Shown here: positions 37,888 through 47,860 of the stretch, in pieces
How positions within the stretch are numbered: the first letter of the stretch is position 1
Layout of the letters: each line of letters starts with the position of its first letter
NCBI GenBank assembly: GCA_027451965.1
Contig: DAIDHJ010000001.1
Coordinates: 87,639-151,638, forward strand
Length of the DNA stretch: 64,000 nt
Origin: Candidatus Adlerbacteria bacterium
GTDB taxonomy: Bacteria; Patescibacteriota; Minisyncoccia; Phycocordibacterales; SBAW01
Reading direction: 5' to 3'
Position numbers and translations under genes: made by a program
Notes under the pieces: generated by a model
Database searches by the model: none
What the model was told of the DNA's origin: nothing
The model's input: only the letters and a program-made list of their open reading frames with translations

Positions 37888-39228
37888 TCATTTCAACATA
37901 AGACGAATCTGATTCACCTCTTGGTTGAGTACGCTGTCGGAAAGTAGTTCTGATTTTATTTTTTCACATGAGTGAATGACTGTAGTATGATCTCTTCCTC
38001 CTAATTTTTCCCCTATAGCAGGAAATGAGATATGAAAATCTTCTCGAAGGAGATACATAATTACCTGCCGTGGACGCACTACTTCTTTCCGTCGTGTTTT
38101 CTCATAAATACTATTTTCTTCAGTATTGTAAAAATTGGCGACAATTTTTACCACTTCCGGGACAGAAATAGCTTTTTTTGTGGCTCCCGCAGCGCTTCTC
38201 AGAATATTTTTGGTGTCTGCCAGTGTAAGTGGTCCTTCACGCATTTCAAACTGAATAAGTAAGAGATTTAATGCCCCTTCAAGTTCCCGAACATTTCCTT
38301 CAATAGTGCTCGCCAAGTAATCGAGAATATCATCTGATAGTACTACCCCGTGCGCAGCCGCTTTTGCCCGCACAATAGCCAAACGTGATTGATGGTCGGG
38401 AGGGGTGATGGAAACAATCATGCCGGCACTAAGACGCGATTTTATACGGTCTTCCAATTGTTGAATCACATTTGGATGTTGATCGGAAGTGAATATAAGC
38501 TGCTTGTTTCCATCATGGAGGTAGTTGAACAAGTGAAAAAATTCTTCCTTGATTTTATCTCTACCGGCAAGGAACTGTACGTCGTCCATGATAAGCAAAT
38601 CATACTGTCGATAGTGTTCTTTAAAACTCTGCACTTTTCCACTCTGGAGCGCAGATACATAATCCATAGAGAACTTCTCCGAAGTGACATAAAAGATTTT
38701 CCGATCAGGAGTGTGTACGCGAAAATGGTTTCCGATTGCTTGAATAAGGTGTGTTTTTCCGAGTCCGGTCGGTCCGTACACAAGTAGTGGATTGTATGCA
38801 ATACCTGGTTTACGTATCACTGCTTGTGCAGCGGCGTGTGCTAATTCGTTGAATGGTCCTACTACGAACGTAGAGAGTATAAAACGAGGGTTTAAATTGG
38901 TTTTAGTATGTACTGATTCAAGTGGAAGTTCTGCTGGTGCTGAAGTGGTGGTAATAACTTCTTCCACAGCTTTTTTTGGATTGCGGGAGATGACATATTC
39001 AACCGAACGAATATTCTCCGAATGGCTGCGCAATGAACGCAAAATATCCTTATGAAATTTCCGCAACAGCCAATCTCTGGCAAATTGGCTCGGCACGCCG
39101 AGATACACCGTATTGTCTTCTATGCGAACGATGTGAGTGTCTCGGAACCACGTATTGAAATTGGGAGGAGAAATACTGAGTTCAAGCTCAACCAGTGTGT
39201 TTTCCCAAAGTTCTTTCGTGGTGGTCAT
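37888..39228 (-). CDS. dnaA: Replication initiator DnaA
   Basis: YNPLLVYGPTGLGKTHL, DDVQFL, NVRELEGAL, GGRDHTTVIHS. Confidence 0.98.
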   Translation of the reverse strand: MTTTKELWENTLVELELSISPPNFNTWFRDTHIVRIEDNTVYLGVPSQFARDWLLRKFHKDILRSLRSHSENIRSVEYVISRNPKKAVEEVITTTSAPAELPLESVHTKTNLNPRFILSTFVVGPFNELAHAAAQAVIRKPGIAYNPLLVYGPTGLGKTHLIQAIGNHFRVHTPDRKIFYVTSEKFSMDYVSALQSGKVQSFKEHYRQYDLLIMDDVQFLAGRDKIKEEFFHLFNYLHDGNKQLIFTSDQHPNVIQQLEDRIKSRLSAGMIVSITPPDHQSRLAIVRAKAAAHGVVLSDDILDYLASTIEGNVRELEGALNLLLIQFEMREGPLTLADTKNILRSAAGATKKAISVPEVVKIVANFYNTEENSIYEKTRRKEVVRPRQVIMYLLREDFHISFPAIGEKLGGRDHTTVIHSCEKIKSELLSDSVLNQEVNQIRLMLK

Positions 39229-39280
39229 AAGGTCTCACTAGGATAGGCGAGTGCACAGTGGGTGTCAAAAGAGCTGAAAA

Positions 39281-39311
39281 TGTGGAGAACGTGTGGAGAA
39301 GTTGTTGAGAA
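39281..39311. promoter_or_regulatory. Three DnaA-box variants upstream of dnaA
   Basis: TGTGGAGAA twice and TGTTGAGAA, 11-nt periodicity. Confidence 0.7.
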
Positions 39312-39366
39312 GTCATTCCTGAGGTATATTGAGCACTGTTCGTCCGCTTGATACAATTATCTCTTC

Positions 39367-39513
39367 ATGTCACAAACCTATCAGCCAAAAAAACGCAAAC
39401 GAGCAAAAACGCACGGTTTTCTTGTGCGCACCAAGACTCCAGGAGGCCGTAATGTGCTTCTTCGCCGCCGTCGTAAAGGCCGAGTGCGTCTCGCAGTGAA
39501 GCGCAGTCGCTAA
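39367..39513 (+). CDS. rpmH: 50S ribosomal protein L34 (not in ORF track)
   Basis: [39 protein letters not shown]. Confidence 0.96.
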   Translation: MSQTYQPKKRKRAKTHGFLVRTKTPGGRNVLLRRRRKGRVRLAVKRSR

Positions 39514-39520
39514 AAGCGGT

Positions 39521-39844
39521 ATGCTCCCCTCTTCCCGCCGTTTGCGCGCCAGCGAAGTGCGGGTCATTATTGCTACAGGGCGCAGTATTCGAGGAGAATA
39601 CCTGTCGGCGAAATATCGCCTCGCGTCTGGACCGTTCCGCAGTGCCATTGTGGTATCAAAAAAGCTTGCGAAAACAGCAGTGATGCGAAATAGGTTGCGC
39701 CGGTGGACATACAACGCCCTTACACAGCAACCATTTCCCAAAGGTATAGAGGTGGTTATTTTTATACAAAAGAAACCAACCATCGCACCAGTATCTGCAC
39801 TTGTCCGCGATCTCACACATCTATGTTCCAAACTATCCTCGTAG
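39521..39844 (+). CDS. rnpA: RNase P protein component
   Basis: VVSKKLAKTAVMRNRLRR; synteny. Confidence 0.88.
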   Translation: MLPSSRRLRASEVRVIIATGRSIRGEYLSAKYRLASGPFRSAIVVSKKLAKTAVMRNRLRRWTYNALTQQPFPKGIEVVIFIQKKPTIAPVSALVRDLTHLCSKLSS

Positions 39845-40539
39845 CACCCCTCTATAACAGTTTTATTTTCCTTGTGGACCTTACCCATGGAAACGTAGGG
39901 TGGGCAATCATCCTGCTTACGCTATGCATACGCGTGCTGTTTTATGGGGCTTTTACTGCATCTATAAAAACACAAATGGGGATGCAAGAAGTCCAAGGAG
40001 AGCTTGCTGACATCAATGAAACCTACAAAGATAATTCTGAAGAACGTGCAAAACGCACGATGGAGCTGTTTAAAGAGAAAAAAATACGACCATTTGCCGG
40101 TTTGTTAGCACTGATTGTACAAATTCCAGTATTTCTAGCACTTTACTTCGCACTGTTCCGGGAAGGGTTGCCGCACATTGCGACACAACTACTCTATCCA
40201 TTTGTGCATATCCCCACCACCATCACCACGGTATTTATAGGAATTCCTTTGCTTGTGCCGCATAACCTCATGCTTGCGGGCATAGTCGCCATTACGCAAT
40301 ACATTGCCATCCATTTTTCCTTGGCGCGTACTGCTTCTGTATCCCACCATCTTTCCAAAGAGCAGGAAATGGCACAGAGCATGCAGCGGGTAACCATGTT
40401 GTACACCATGCCGCTCATTCTCGGGTTTTTGAGCTATTCATTTCCTGCAGCGGTAGGCCTTTATTTTGCAACAGGAAATATTGTTTCTATCGTGCAAGAA
40501 TTGATCATTCGCCGACAGTTGGTGAAGAAATCGGCATAA
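39823..40539 (+). CDS. yidC: YidC/Oxa1 membrane insertase
   Basis: GWAIILLTLCIR, LIVQIPVFLALY, PAAVGLYF; synteny. Confidence 0.9.
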   Translation: MFQTILVAPLYNSFIFLVDLTHGNVGWAIILLTLCIRVLFYGAFTASIKTQMGMQEVQGELADINETYKDNSEERAKRTMELFKEKKIRPFAGLLALIVQIPVFLALYFALFREGLPHIATQLLYPFVHIPTTITTVFIGIPLLVPHNLMLAGIVAITQYIAIHFSLARTASVSHHLSKEQEMAQSMQRVTMLYTMPLILGFLSYSFPAAVGLYFATGNIVSIVQELIIRRQLVKKSA

Positions 40540-40576
40540 TCTTGAAAGCCCCTCCCCTTTGCGGTATGGTGGCTAC

Positions 40577-41038
40577 ATGGACGACTCCTTGGTACAACTT
40601 ATTACCGAATTACTTGAGAAACTTGATGTACAAGTAGAACACATCGCTCTTGCTCCAGGAACACGAAAGATAATCGCAATCACTTCTCCTGAATCAAAAC
40701 GGCTCATCGGTCCGCATGGAGAACATTTACGTTCTCTTGCTGCACTTGCACGGCGGCTAGCAGAAACTAAATTTGGTCCGGAAATAAATTTTAGTATCGA
40801 TGTAAATGGCTACTATGAGCGGCAGATGGAACAAGTGCGCAGCAATGCTCGCATGCTCGCTCAGCGCGCTCGATTGTTTAAGTACGATATTGAAATGAGC
40901 CCCATGTCCCCGTATGAACGGTTGGTCATTCACGAACTGTTTGCTGAAGATCCGGAAATCGAAACGCGCTCGGAGGGAACGGGGAAATTCCGTCATGTAG
41001 TGCTCCATTATCGCGGCAGTCAGCAGACTACTGTGTAA
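40577..41038 (+). CDS. jag: Jag/KhpB-like KH-R3H protein
   Basis: LIGPHGEHLRSL, IDVNGY, PMSPYERLVIH. Confidence 0.85.
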   Translation: MDDSLVQLITELLEKLDVQVEHIALAPGTRKIIAITSPESKRLIGPHGEHLRSLAALARRLAETKFGPEINFSIDVNGYYERQMEQVRSNARMLAQRARLFKYDIEMSPMSPYERLVIHELFAEDPEIETRSEGTGKFRHVVLHYRGSQQTTV

Positions 41039-42248
41039 GGCGGACCCCCCAAAGGCTCCTATCTCCTCGGGAGATGTACATGAGATAGCGATCATCAGGA
41101 GAAATAGTTAATTGAGTGATACTTGTCTGTGAGCCCCCGTCTTGTCCTGGTACGGCGATCGCACTGCTCGTATTCCCATTAGAAAAATCTATCCCTTCAA
41201 TATAATCAGGTATATTTACAATACCTTGATGCCACGCGTCCAAATAACTAGCATCTACGTTTTGGGTTGGCATAGCACAATATAATCGGTAAGTGACCAG
41301 AGCATCCCATACACATTTTTCAGGGAAAACATCAAATACAGATACATCTCCTCCGCTATGCAGTAGGTGTACGTAACTCAAATTTACCCCATTGGAGCGA
41401 GTTTGGTATAGAATTTCACTTAAATCTTTATTTGCCAGCGCAGTAAGCCCATCCCCATACAGCAGTGGAACAATAGCACCACTTTTTACGCCTACTTCAA
41501 ATACTATTCCTGGAGTATCTGCTGCTGATTTTGTTTGAAGGATGATCATTTGTGGTGTTGGCCAGGAAATCAGTAATTGAGTGAAGGGTATGGAAAAAAG
41601 TTCTCGAGGGTTATGACCATCAACAGCGGCAACATATCCATTTACACCTCCCGATTGATTTTTTAGTAAGTAAGAAATGCTTCCTCCATCAGGAGAAACA
41701 GCTAATCCAAGTATATTATCAGGAAGAAACTGCACCTCTTTTGGGGATGATGGAGTAGTGGAGGTTGAAAGAGTGAACCCTAAGTAAATAGTTTTTATTG
41801 TATTGGTAGTGTCTACATACTGGAGCAATACCGCATTGCCTCCTTGGGCCCATACTGCCTTTTGTGCACCGGGAATAGTTACATCGGAAATAGTTTCTGG
41901 TGCAACACCCGACATATCAAGCGGTACATCAGATACATGCCCAGTATCCTGCATGATAAAACGAGCTATGGTAGTAGTTGGATTGTTTTGTTGAATAAAT
42001 ACTGCACTAGTGACTGGTCCTGGGGATATATTAAAAATTTTTTCGTTTGAATTACTACTTTCTGTAGTTTGACTAGTTAAAGTATTCCCATTTCCAGAAG
42101 AAAAAGTAGTATTTCCTGCACTCGGAAATCCGAACGAGCTAGTAGAAACTGGAAACGGAGCACTGGATCTGAAGAATAGAAACCACATCCCTGCACCCAA
42201 TAAAATGATGATTGCTCCAATACTCAAAAATATAATACGACGTGACAT
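41028..42248 (-). CDS. Membrane-anchored beta-propeller-like protein
   Basis: N-terminal TM; AVSPDG, ISPDDRYL, FPEKCVW. Confidence 0.7.
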   Translation of the reverse strand: MSRRIIFLSIGAIIILLGAGMWFLFFRSSAPFPVSTSSFGFPSAGNTTFSSGNGNTLTSQTTESSNSNEKIFNISPGPVTSAVFIQQNNPTTTIARFIMQDTGHVSDVPLDMSGVAPETISDVTIPGAQKAVWAQGGNAVLLQYVDTTNTIKTIYLGFTLSTSTTPSSPKEVQFLPDNILGLAVSPDGGSISYLLKNQSGGVNGYVAAVDGHNPRELFSIPFTQLLISWPTPQMIILQTKSAADTPGIVFEVGVKSGAIVPLLYGDGLTALANKDLSEILYQTRSNGVNLSYVHLLHSGGDVSVFDVFPEKCVWDALVTYRLYCAMPTQNVDASYLDAWHQGIVNIPDYIEGIDFSNGNTSSAIAVPGQDGGSQTSITQLTISPDDRYLMYISRGDRSLWGVRLTQ

Positions 42249-42251
42249 AGA

Positions 42252-43157
42252 TTATTGATTGTATCCGCAAACCCACCATTGCATTGAATTGCTATTTGAT
42301 CCATAAAGATTTAAACCACCATTAGGATCAGGAACCGCAATACAGGCATTATATTGGATGGTAGTTGGACTTGTGAATTTTTTATTCCACTGTGAACAAT
42401 TCTGTGTTGGATCATCAGATTGACCAAAACTACCGTGATATGCCAGTTGACACTCCTGTCTATCAGCTTCCAATTCTCCCATAGCAAGAGATTTTAAATC
42501 CACAGGATTTTCTGGAGGACAAACCGTCCCCTGACGCTCAACCCAATAACATTTCTGATTTAGTGCTATTTGTTGTTCAATATACGTATTATTTCCATCA
42601 TTACATATCGTTGTAACGCCATATTCGTTGCAAGTAGTTTTTTGATTTGCTGTTGAAGTGGTATTTGAACCAACAGTAGGAAGAGAAAGACTAATTGTGA
42701 CTAAACCTGGATTAATTTTATTAAGAATGATATATGCTCCTAGTAATAACAATAGTCCAAATAATGCTGCTTGTATTCTACTTTTTGCCTGAGCTTTTTT
42801 CCCTCCTATTTCAGAAGTCATGTAACTAATTCCATAGAACACAAGTACGAGTACCGCAAAAACTACACCAAAAGCTAAAATTAATTTAAAAAATCCATTT
42901 ACTAGTGTTGGAAAATCTGATGGGTTTCCTAGTTTACTCTGCGCTCCATAAGTAAATGGAAGTGGTTCAAGAGGGGTGTATTGTAATGGTGCAACAGCAT
43001 TTCCAGAGTTGGGATTTTGTGTGGGTAGAGTTCCAGGAGGGACAGGTTTGGGAGTAGGAGATGGTGCGGGATTAGAAATAGGAGCAGCTGCATATACCGT
43101 ATATGTTGAACTTACAAATATTATCGAAACAATACTCAGTAATAAAAATTTATTCAT
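42252..43157 (-). CDS. VirB2/TrbC-like pilin-domain protein with Cys-rich C-terminus
   Basis: Signal peptide, YTPLEPLP, TM hairpin GISYMTS..AKSRIQAALFGLLLLLGAYIILNKINP. Confidence 0.65.
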   Translation of the reverse strand: MNKFLLLSIVSIIFVSSTYTVYAAAPISNPAPSPTPKPVPPGTLPTQNPNSGNAVAPLQYTPLEPLPFTYGAQSKLGNPSDFPTLVNGFFKLILAFGVVFAVLVLVFYGISYMTSEIGGKKAQAKSRIQAALFGLLLLLGAYIILNKINPGLVTISLSLPTVGSNTTSTANQKTTCNEYGVTTICNDGNNTYIEQQIALNQKCYWVERQGTVCPPENPVDLKSLAMGELEADRQECQLAYHGSFGQSDDPTQNCSQWNKKFTSPTTIQYNACIAVPDPNGGLNLYGSNSNSMQWWVCGYNQ

Positions 43158-43160
43158 ATC

Positions 43161-44177
43161 TTAAAAAGAAAGTGATGATTGTTGGCCGAATAGTAATTGC
43201 AAAGCCGTATTTGCTGATTGTAGTATTTGATCACTGTTAGTGTTTTGAATACTGAGTCCCACCGTTGCCTCTCCGGAGGCATTATTCCCATTTTTTCGCA
43301 AGGTTAAGATACCCTTATTACTATCGGGTCCAGAAACATCCTGACCATTTACTGTCCATTGATAAGTAAGGGTATTATTTCCCTGTGCATCAGTGGCAAA
43401 ATAGTATGGTTCTGCTTGTAAAGTCATCTCATTTCCTTGAAATGGAGCACTATTCACTAATCCGGTATCAAAAAGTTCTCCTCGTAATGGGTCTCGTATA
43501 TAGAATAGTAACTGCGGCGAAGTTGCTGGAATAGTTATATCTCCCTCACCTACTTGTGTGCCATTATAATACACAGCAACAGATACCTCTTCACTACTTT
43601 GTAATTGATCTCCTTGGAAGGTAAATGTAGTTTTTCCTAACCCAGACTGTTCAGGTACTAATGTTCCATGCAAACTCCACTGAAAAGAGAGTGCTTTAGA
43701 AGAAAGAAAAAATTTATTAACTACAATTTCTGGAAATGCTACTACTGTTACTGTAGATCCAGGACTATATAGAGATAGACCTTTGTAAAATATAGGCACC
43801 GAGGTATTTGCTTCCCACACAAGATTTGTTAATGAAGGAGAAATAATAAATGTATGAGTGAATGTTCCTTCACTAGGAGAATTAATTGTTACTGTAATAA
43901 TATTCTCACTTCCCAATGCTCCTGCGGTAAACGTAAAAGAACTGTCTCCTATTCCAGAACTTAGTATTTTATTATCCTGACTCCAGGTAATAGATGCATT
44001 ACCTAAAAAAGAACCAACACCAGTTGCTGTTATCTCTATAGATTGATTTGGTCCAGGATTCTGCGGAGTTACACTATATTCTATAGGCGCAGGTTGAGTA
44101 GAGTTAGTGACTTGTGCAAGCACCGGCGTTGCCATACTAAAAGTGAATATGAGTAAAAAGGATAGTAATATCCTCAT
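43161..44177 (-). CDS. Secreted Ig-like domain protein
   Basis: Signal peptide; repeated W-containing beta modules (ITWSQD, FQWSLHG, YQWTVNG). Confidence 0.7.
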   Translation of the reverse strand: MRILLSFLLIFTFSMATPVLAQVTNSTQPAPIEYSVTPQNPGPNQSIEITATGVGSFLGNASITWSQDNKILSSGIGDSSFTFTAGALGSENIITVTINSPSEGTFTHTFIISPSLTNLVWEANTSVPIFYKGLSLYSPGSTVTVVAFPEIVVNKFFLSSKALSFQWSLHGTLVPEQSGLGKTTFTFQGDQLQSSEEVSVAVYYNGTQVGEGDITIPATSPQLLFYIRDPLRGELFDTGLVNSAPFQGNEMTLQAEPYYFATDAQGNNTLTYQWTVNGQDVSGPDSNKGILTLRKNGNNASGEATVGLSIQNTNSDQILQSANTALQLLFGQQSSLSF

Positions 44178-44185
44178 ACTACCTA

Positions 44186-44914
44186 TTATGCAGCATATTT
44201 TTCAGTTCCAGGAGTAATGCCATCAATATTTCTTTTAGACTGTTTATAGCGTGTTCCAAGTACTACATTATTACTTGGAGTAGATGTTTCCTTTTTTCTA
44301 TTTTGATTCATACTTTGCGCGGCAGCTTTAGAAGCTCCAATAGCCGCTCCTGCAGCTATTACTTCTGGCCCCCCTTCTACTCCCTTTATTGCACCAGCAA
44401 CAGCACCTTTTAGTATCTCTGGAGCAGCCTTTTTTAGGTTTTTCGTAGCTTTTTTTACAACAAGACGGAATACCATAACACTCCAAAGAGGCGCAACATC
44501 TGAAAAGGGAATTATCTTAGCAAGATAAAATGGCATAACAATCATTCCGTCAAACATACCGCTTATGGCGAAAAGTAATACTATAAATCCTGTTCCAATA
44601 CTTAGACTGATGGCTATGTTAACAATCATTCCGAGAAATATGGCTATAGGAGTTGCCGCTGGGGCGAGAAGTGGGTCAAGTAAAGAGCCAAGAATACCCC
44701 CAACCGCTGCTCCAGCAGTAGTGCAAGTAGTAAGAATTGTACCCCCAAAATGAGCACAAATCTTCCACCCAAGAAGCCCCCCTGTACTCGCACCGCCCAA
44801 AGTTCCTGTAAATGCTCCTATAAATCCGAAAAAAACTTCAAGCCCTAATTGAACCAGATCAAGAAATAGTGCAATAAAAAAATACGGAAGTGATCGAATA
44901 ATTAAACCTTTCAT
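44186..44914 (-). CDS. Glycine-zipper membrane protein
   Basis: GTLGGASTGGLLG, AGAAVGGILG, GAVAGAIKG; several TMs. Confidence 0.65.
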   Translation of the reverse strand: MKGLIIRSLPYFFIALFLDLVQLGLEVFFGFIGAFTGTLGGASTGGLLGWKICAHFGGTILTTCTTAGAAVGGILGSLLDPLLAPAATPIAIFLGMIVNIAISLSIGTGFIVLLFAISGMFDGMIVMPFYLAKIIPFSDVAPLWSVMVFRLVVKKATKNLKKAAPEILKGAVAGAIKGVEGGPEVIAAGAAIGASKAAAQSMNQNRKKETSTPSNNVVLGTRYKQSKRNIDGITPGTEKYAA

Positions 44915-46743
44915 ATCTTTGAGGAAGTAGTAATAGCTGCATCTGCGCGTTTATTTCTTAGTGCAAGTATTTGTGAAGGATCTGAAGTAATAATCTGATC
45001 TTCAGTGTATGAAGCTATGATTTTAATAGCAACATGTTTCAATCCGGCAAAGAAAATTCCTTCACCAACATCACTTTCAAGTAGTAAGTATTTCTCTTCA
45101 TCAGAAAGGTTGAATGTTTTCTGTAAATTATCAATAGTGGTCGGTGATTGTTTAAGAAGTAATTGTAGAGAGGAATTGGTAATCATGGGTAATCCATACG
45201 GGCTTTTTAAAAAGTCATCAACATCTTGCGTGATAGTAGCAAGACCGAGATAATATTTTCTTCCTCGTTTTGCCATACCGTATAAGAAAGAAGCAGTATC
45301 TTCAGATTTCATCATCCACCATGCCTCATCAATAACGAGTAGTCGTTTTTTAAGATCTTTACGAACTGCATTCCATATGTAGTGCGTAATGATATACATC
45401 GCAACCGGTTTAAGATCATCTTCCATATCACGCACAGAAAAAACGACAAATTTCTTGTTTATATCAACATTTGTTGATTTATTTATGAATCCAGACCAAG
45501 TGCCTTGTGTGTATTTTGATAATCTTTGTACCAGAGATTCGCTTCCTTCAATACTGCGTAACACCATTTCAAAATCTGAAAGTAATGGTGGTTCAATCTG
45601 TGTGAAGTCTGATTCAATAGTTATATCTTTCAGTGCGTACGTTTCGGTAATAGCTTTATCAATAATCGCATCTTCTTCTGGAGAAAGACCGCCAAGCATG
45701 ATTCGGAATAAACCAACCAGTGAAACGATATTACTACGTAGTATATCTGCAGAACTCTCATCTTCTCTTGGATGCGGTAAATCAAAAGGGTTTATATGAT
45801 CTTCTGAATTAAGAGAAATATTGAAGTATCTTCCACCGACTGCTTGTGAAAGAAATTCGTATTCTCGTTCTGGGTCTATAACAATAACTTCCGTATCAAA
45901 CATTAATGTGCGCAATATTTCTAATTTAGTCGCATATGATTTTCCTGACCCTGATTTTGCAAAAATAACAGAGTTATAGTTCTCCAAACTAAAACGATCA
46001 AATAGTATGAGTGATGCATTATGTCTATTTACTCCATATAAAATTCCTTTATCAGAAGTAAGATCGAATGATACAAAAGGAAACACTGAAGAAAGTGGAG
46101 ATGAGTTAAGTTTCGTTTGTATAGCAAGTTCATTACTTGCAATGGGAATTACACTACGAAATCCCTGCTCTTGTTGAAATAAAGCTGGTTTTACATATAC
46201 CAATCGAGATTCAAGCATAGATTTAATTTCACTCTCTGCCTTATCAAGCTCTTCAGTTGTGGAAGCATAGATAGTGATATAAATACTTACATTGAAAATA
46301 CGTTCCTGAGCTTGTTGGAGTTGATCTCGTAGATTTTCAAGATCTTGATATGCAGTATCGAGTATTGGATCTCGTACCAATCCTTTTTCTTCCCTGGTCA
46401 TTATTTGACTCTGCACCTCAGCTACTTTTTTCTGAAATTTCTTAAGAATATCTGCAGAATCTATTGGTTCAACAAAAATAGAAATATCCAGTACTCGGTC
46501 CAAGTTAATTACCGGAGCGAACCAACTATCAGTAAGTGTTCTTGGATATGACATAACAAAAAATGTTCTAGCAATTTTGTCTCCCAGATTAATTTCTCGA
46601 GGAGTTATTTTTAATGCTGAAGGAGCAATAATGTCTTGTAATTCAAGCACGCCTTGTTTGTATATTTGTTCAGGAAGTATTGGTGTAACTACCGGTGCAG
46701 TAGTTGGAGATGATTTATTTTTTAAAAAATCAAACAGTGCCAT
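44911..46743 (-). CDS. VirB4-like ATPase
   Basis: AKSGSGKS, IDPEREY, INPFD, LVIDEAW, RGRKY..ITQDV. Confidence 0.88.
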   Translation of the reverse strand: MALFDFLKNKSSPTTAPVVTPILPEQIYKQGVLELQDIIAPSALKITPREINLGDKIARTFFVMSYPRTLTDSWFAPVINLDRVLDISIFVEPIDSADILKKFQKKVAEVQSQIMTREEKGLVRDPILDTAYQDLENLRDQLQQAQERIFNVSIYITIYASTTEELDKAESEIKSMLESRLVYVKPALFQQEQGFRSVIPIASNELAIQTKLNSSPLSSVFPFVSFDLTSDKGILYGVNRHNASLILFDRFSLENYNSVIFAKSGSGKSYATKLEILRTLMFDTEVIVIDPEREYEFLSQAVGGRYFNISLNSEDHINPFDLPHPREDESSADILRSNIVSLVGLFRIMLGGLSPEEDAIIDKAITETYALKDITIESDFTQIEPPLLSDFEMVLRSIEGSESLVQRLSKYTQGTWSGFINKSTNVDINKKFVVFSVRDMEDDLKPVAMYIITHYIWNAVRKDLKKRLLVIDEAWWMMKSEDTASFLYGMAKRGRKYYLGLATITQDVDDFLKSPYGLPMITNSSLQLLLKQSPTTIDNLQKTFNLSDEEKYLLLESDVGEGIFFAGLKHVAIKIIASYTEDQIITSDPSQILALRNKRADAAITTSSKI

Positions 46744-46744
46744 A

Positions 46745-47395
46745 TTATTTTTGCACTATAGCTTGTAATGGTTTTTCTAGTTCTCCTGGATTGAATAATT
46801 TATAAAATAATTCAATCATTTCTTCTGTGCCCAATGCCACAACACGCACACCGGTACGTACCAACCCTTGTTCAATAACAGAAATTCTCTGTTCTAATTG
46901 TGTTTGATACTGTTCAAATTGTTCATCAGTTAGTGTAATAGTTGCATTTGTTCCTGGAATAAGTGTATTTAGACTATTAAGTATATTTCCTTTAGCAATA
47001 AACGGAGGATCGTATGGTACTACGATGAAGAAATTTTTTGCCATGATATTGGCACGTTCTGTGAAATCTTTAATAAAAGTTATATATTCTCGTATCTGAA
47101 TTTTCATTAAATCATCCAATTCTGCGGCATACCGCTCTTCCAACAATGCAACATATGGGCGTATATCCAAATCTCTGGATTCAATAAAAAACTGTACTGG
47201 AAACTCTAATGAATTCAGAAAATTCTGAAATTGAGCAATAATAGCTTGTTGTTCATCAGTACTTTTTAAAGAAAGATTAATGGAAGAAGCCATAAGCAAG
47301 GAGCGCAATTGTCCATTTTTAAGGATTACAATACCATCCCGCACTTCTTTAATAGGGACAAAATTTTGAGTTGCTTGTGCTGTTACTGTGGCCAT
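46745..47395 (-). CDS. VirB4 N-terminal/TraC-like partner protein
   Basis: INLSLKSTDEQQAI..FLNSLEFPVQF..KNFFIVVPY; between PrgI and VirB4. Confidence 0.7.
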   Translation of the reverse strand: MATVTAQATQNFVPIKEVRDGIVILKNGQLRSLLMASSINLSLKSTDEQQAIIAQFQNFLNSLEFPVQFFIESRDLDIRPYVALLEERYAAELDDLMKIQIREYITFIKDFTERANIMAKNFFIVVPYDPPFIAKGNILNSLNTLIPGTNATITLTDEQFEQYQTQLEQRISVIEQGLVRTGVRVVALGTEEMIELFYKLFNPGELEKPLQAIVQK

Positions 47396-47397
47396 AT

Positions 47398-47838
47398 TTA
47401 TATTTTAAAATCCTTGGAATCACTCTCTTCTTGTAGTGCTTTTGTTTGATCTTTTATATTGAGTGACCAAGATAATTCTTTGAGTTTATTTTGTGAAAGT
47501 TTCGGAACTTCCACTGAGGAAGGAGCTATCATTTTTGTCCCTTTTTTTGTAACAGTTTGTTCTCGTTGTTTCCACAAATATAACTTTACTCCCAGCGCAT
47601 AGGTGAATGCATGTTCTAAGGTATTAATGAGTGGTTGCTCGTTTATTTTATAGAATGCAAGTGCAACAGACAGTGTTACAACTGGAATTGCAGCAGGAAT
47701 AGCGATATATAGTGGTAGTAAGGTAAAAAAAACAAGACACAATCCCCCGCCGCCAGCCAGGTAAATAAACTGTTTTAAGGTAAGGGGACCAAATATCTTA
47801 TCCTCTACCTCGATAAACTGAGGAACTTGATACTGCAC
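47398..47838 (-). CDS. PrgI family protein (VirB3-like)
   Basis: QYQVPQFIEVEDKIFGPLTLKQF plus two TMs. Confidence 0.82.
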   Translation of the reverse strand: MQYQVPQFIEVEDKIFGPLTLKQFIYLAGGGGLCLVFFTLLPLYIAIPAAIPVVTLSVALAFYKINEQPLINTLEHAFTYALGVKLYLWKQREQTVTKKGTKMIAPSSVEVPKLSQNKLKELSWSLNIKDQTKALQEESDSKDFKI

Positions 47839-47860
47839 AGTATTAAGTATATCGCAGATT

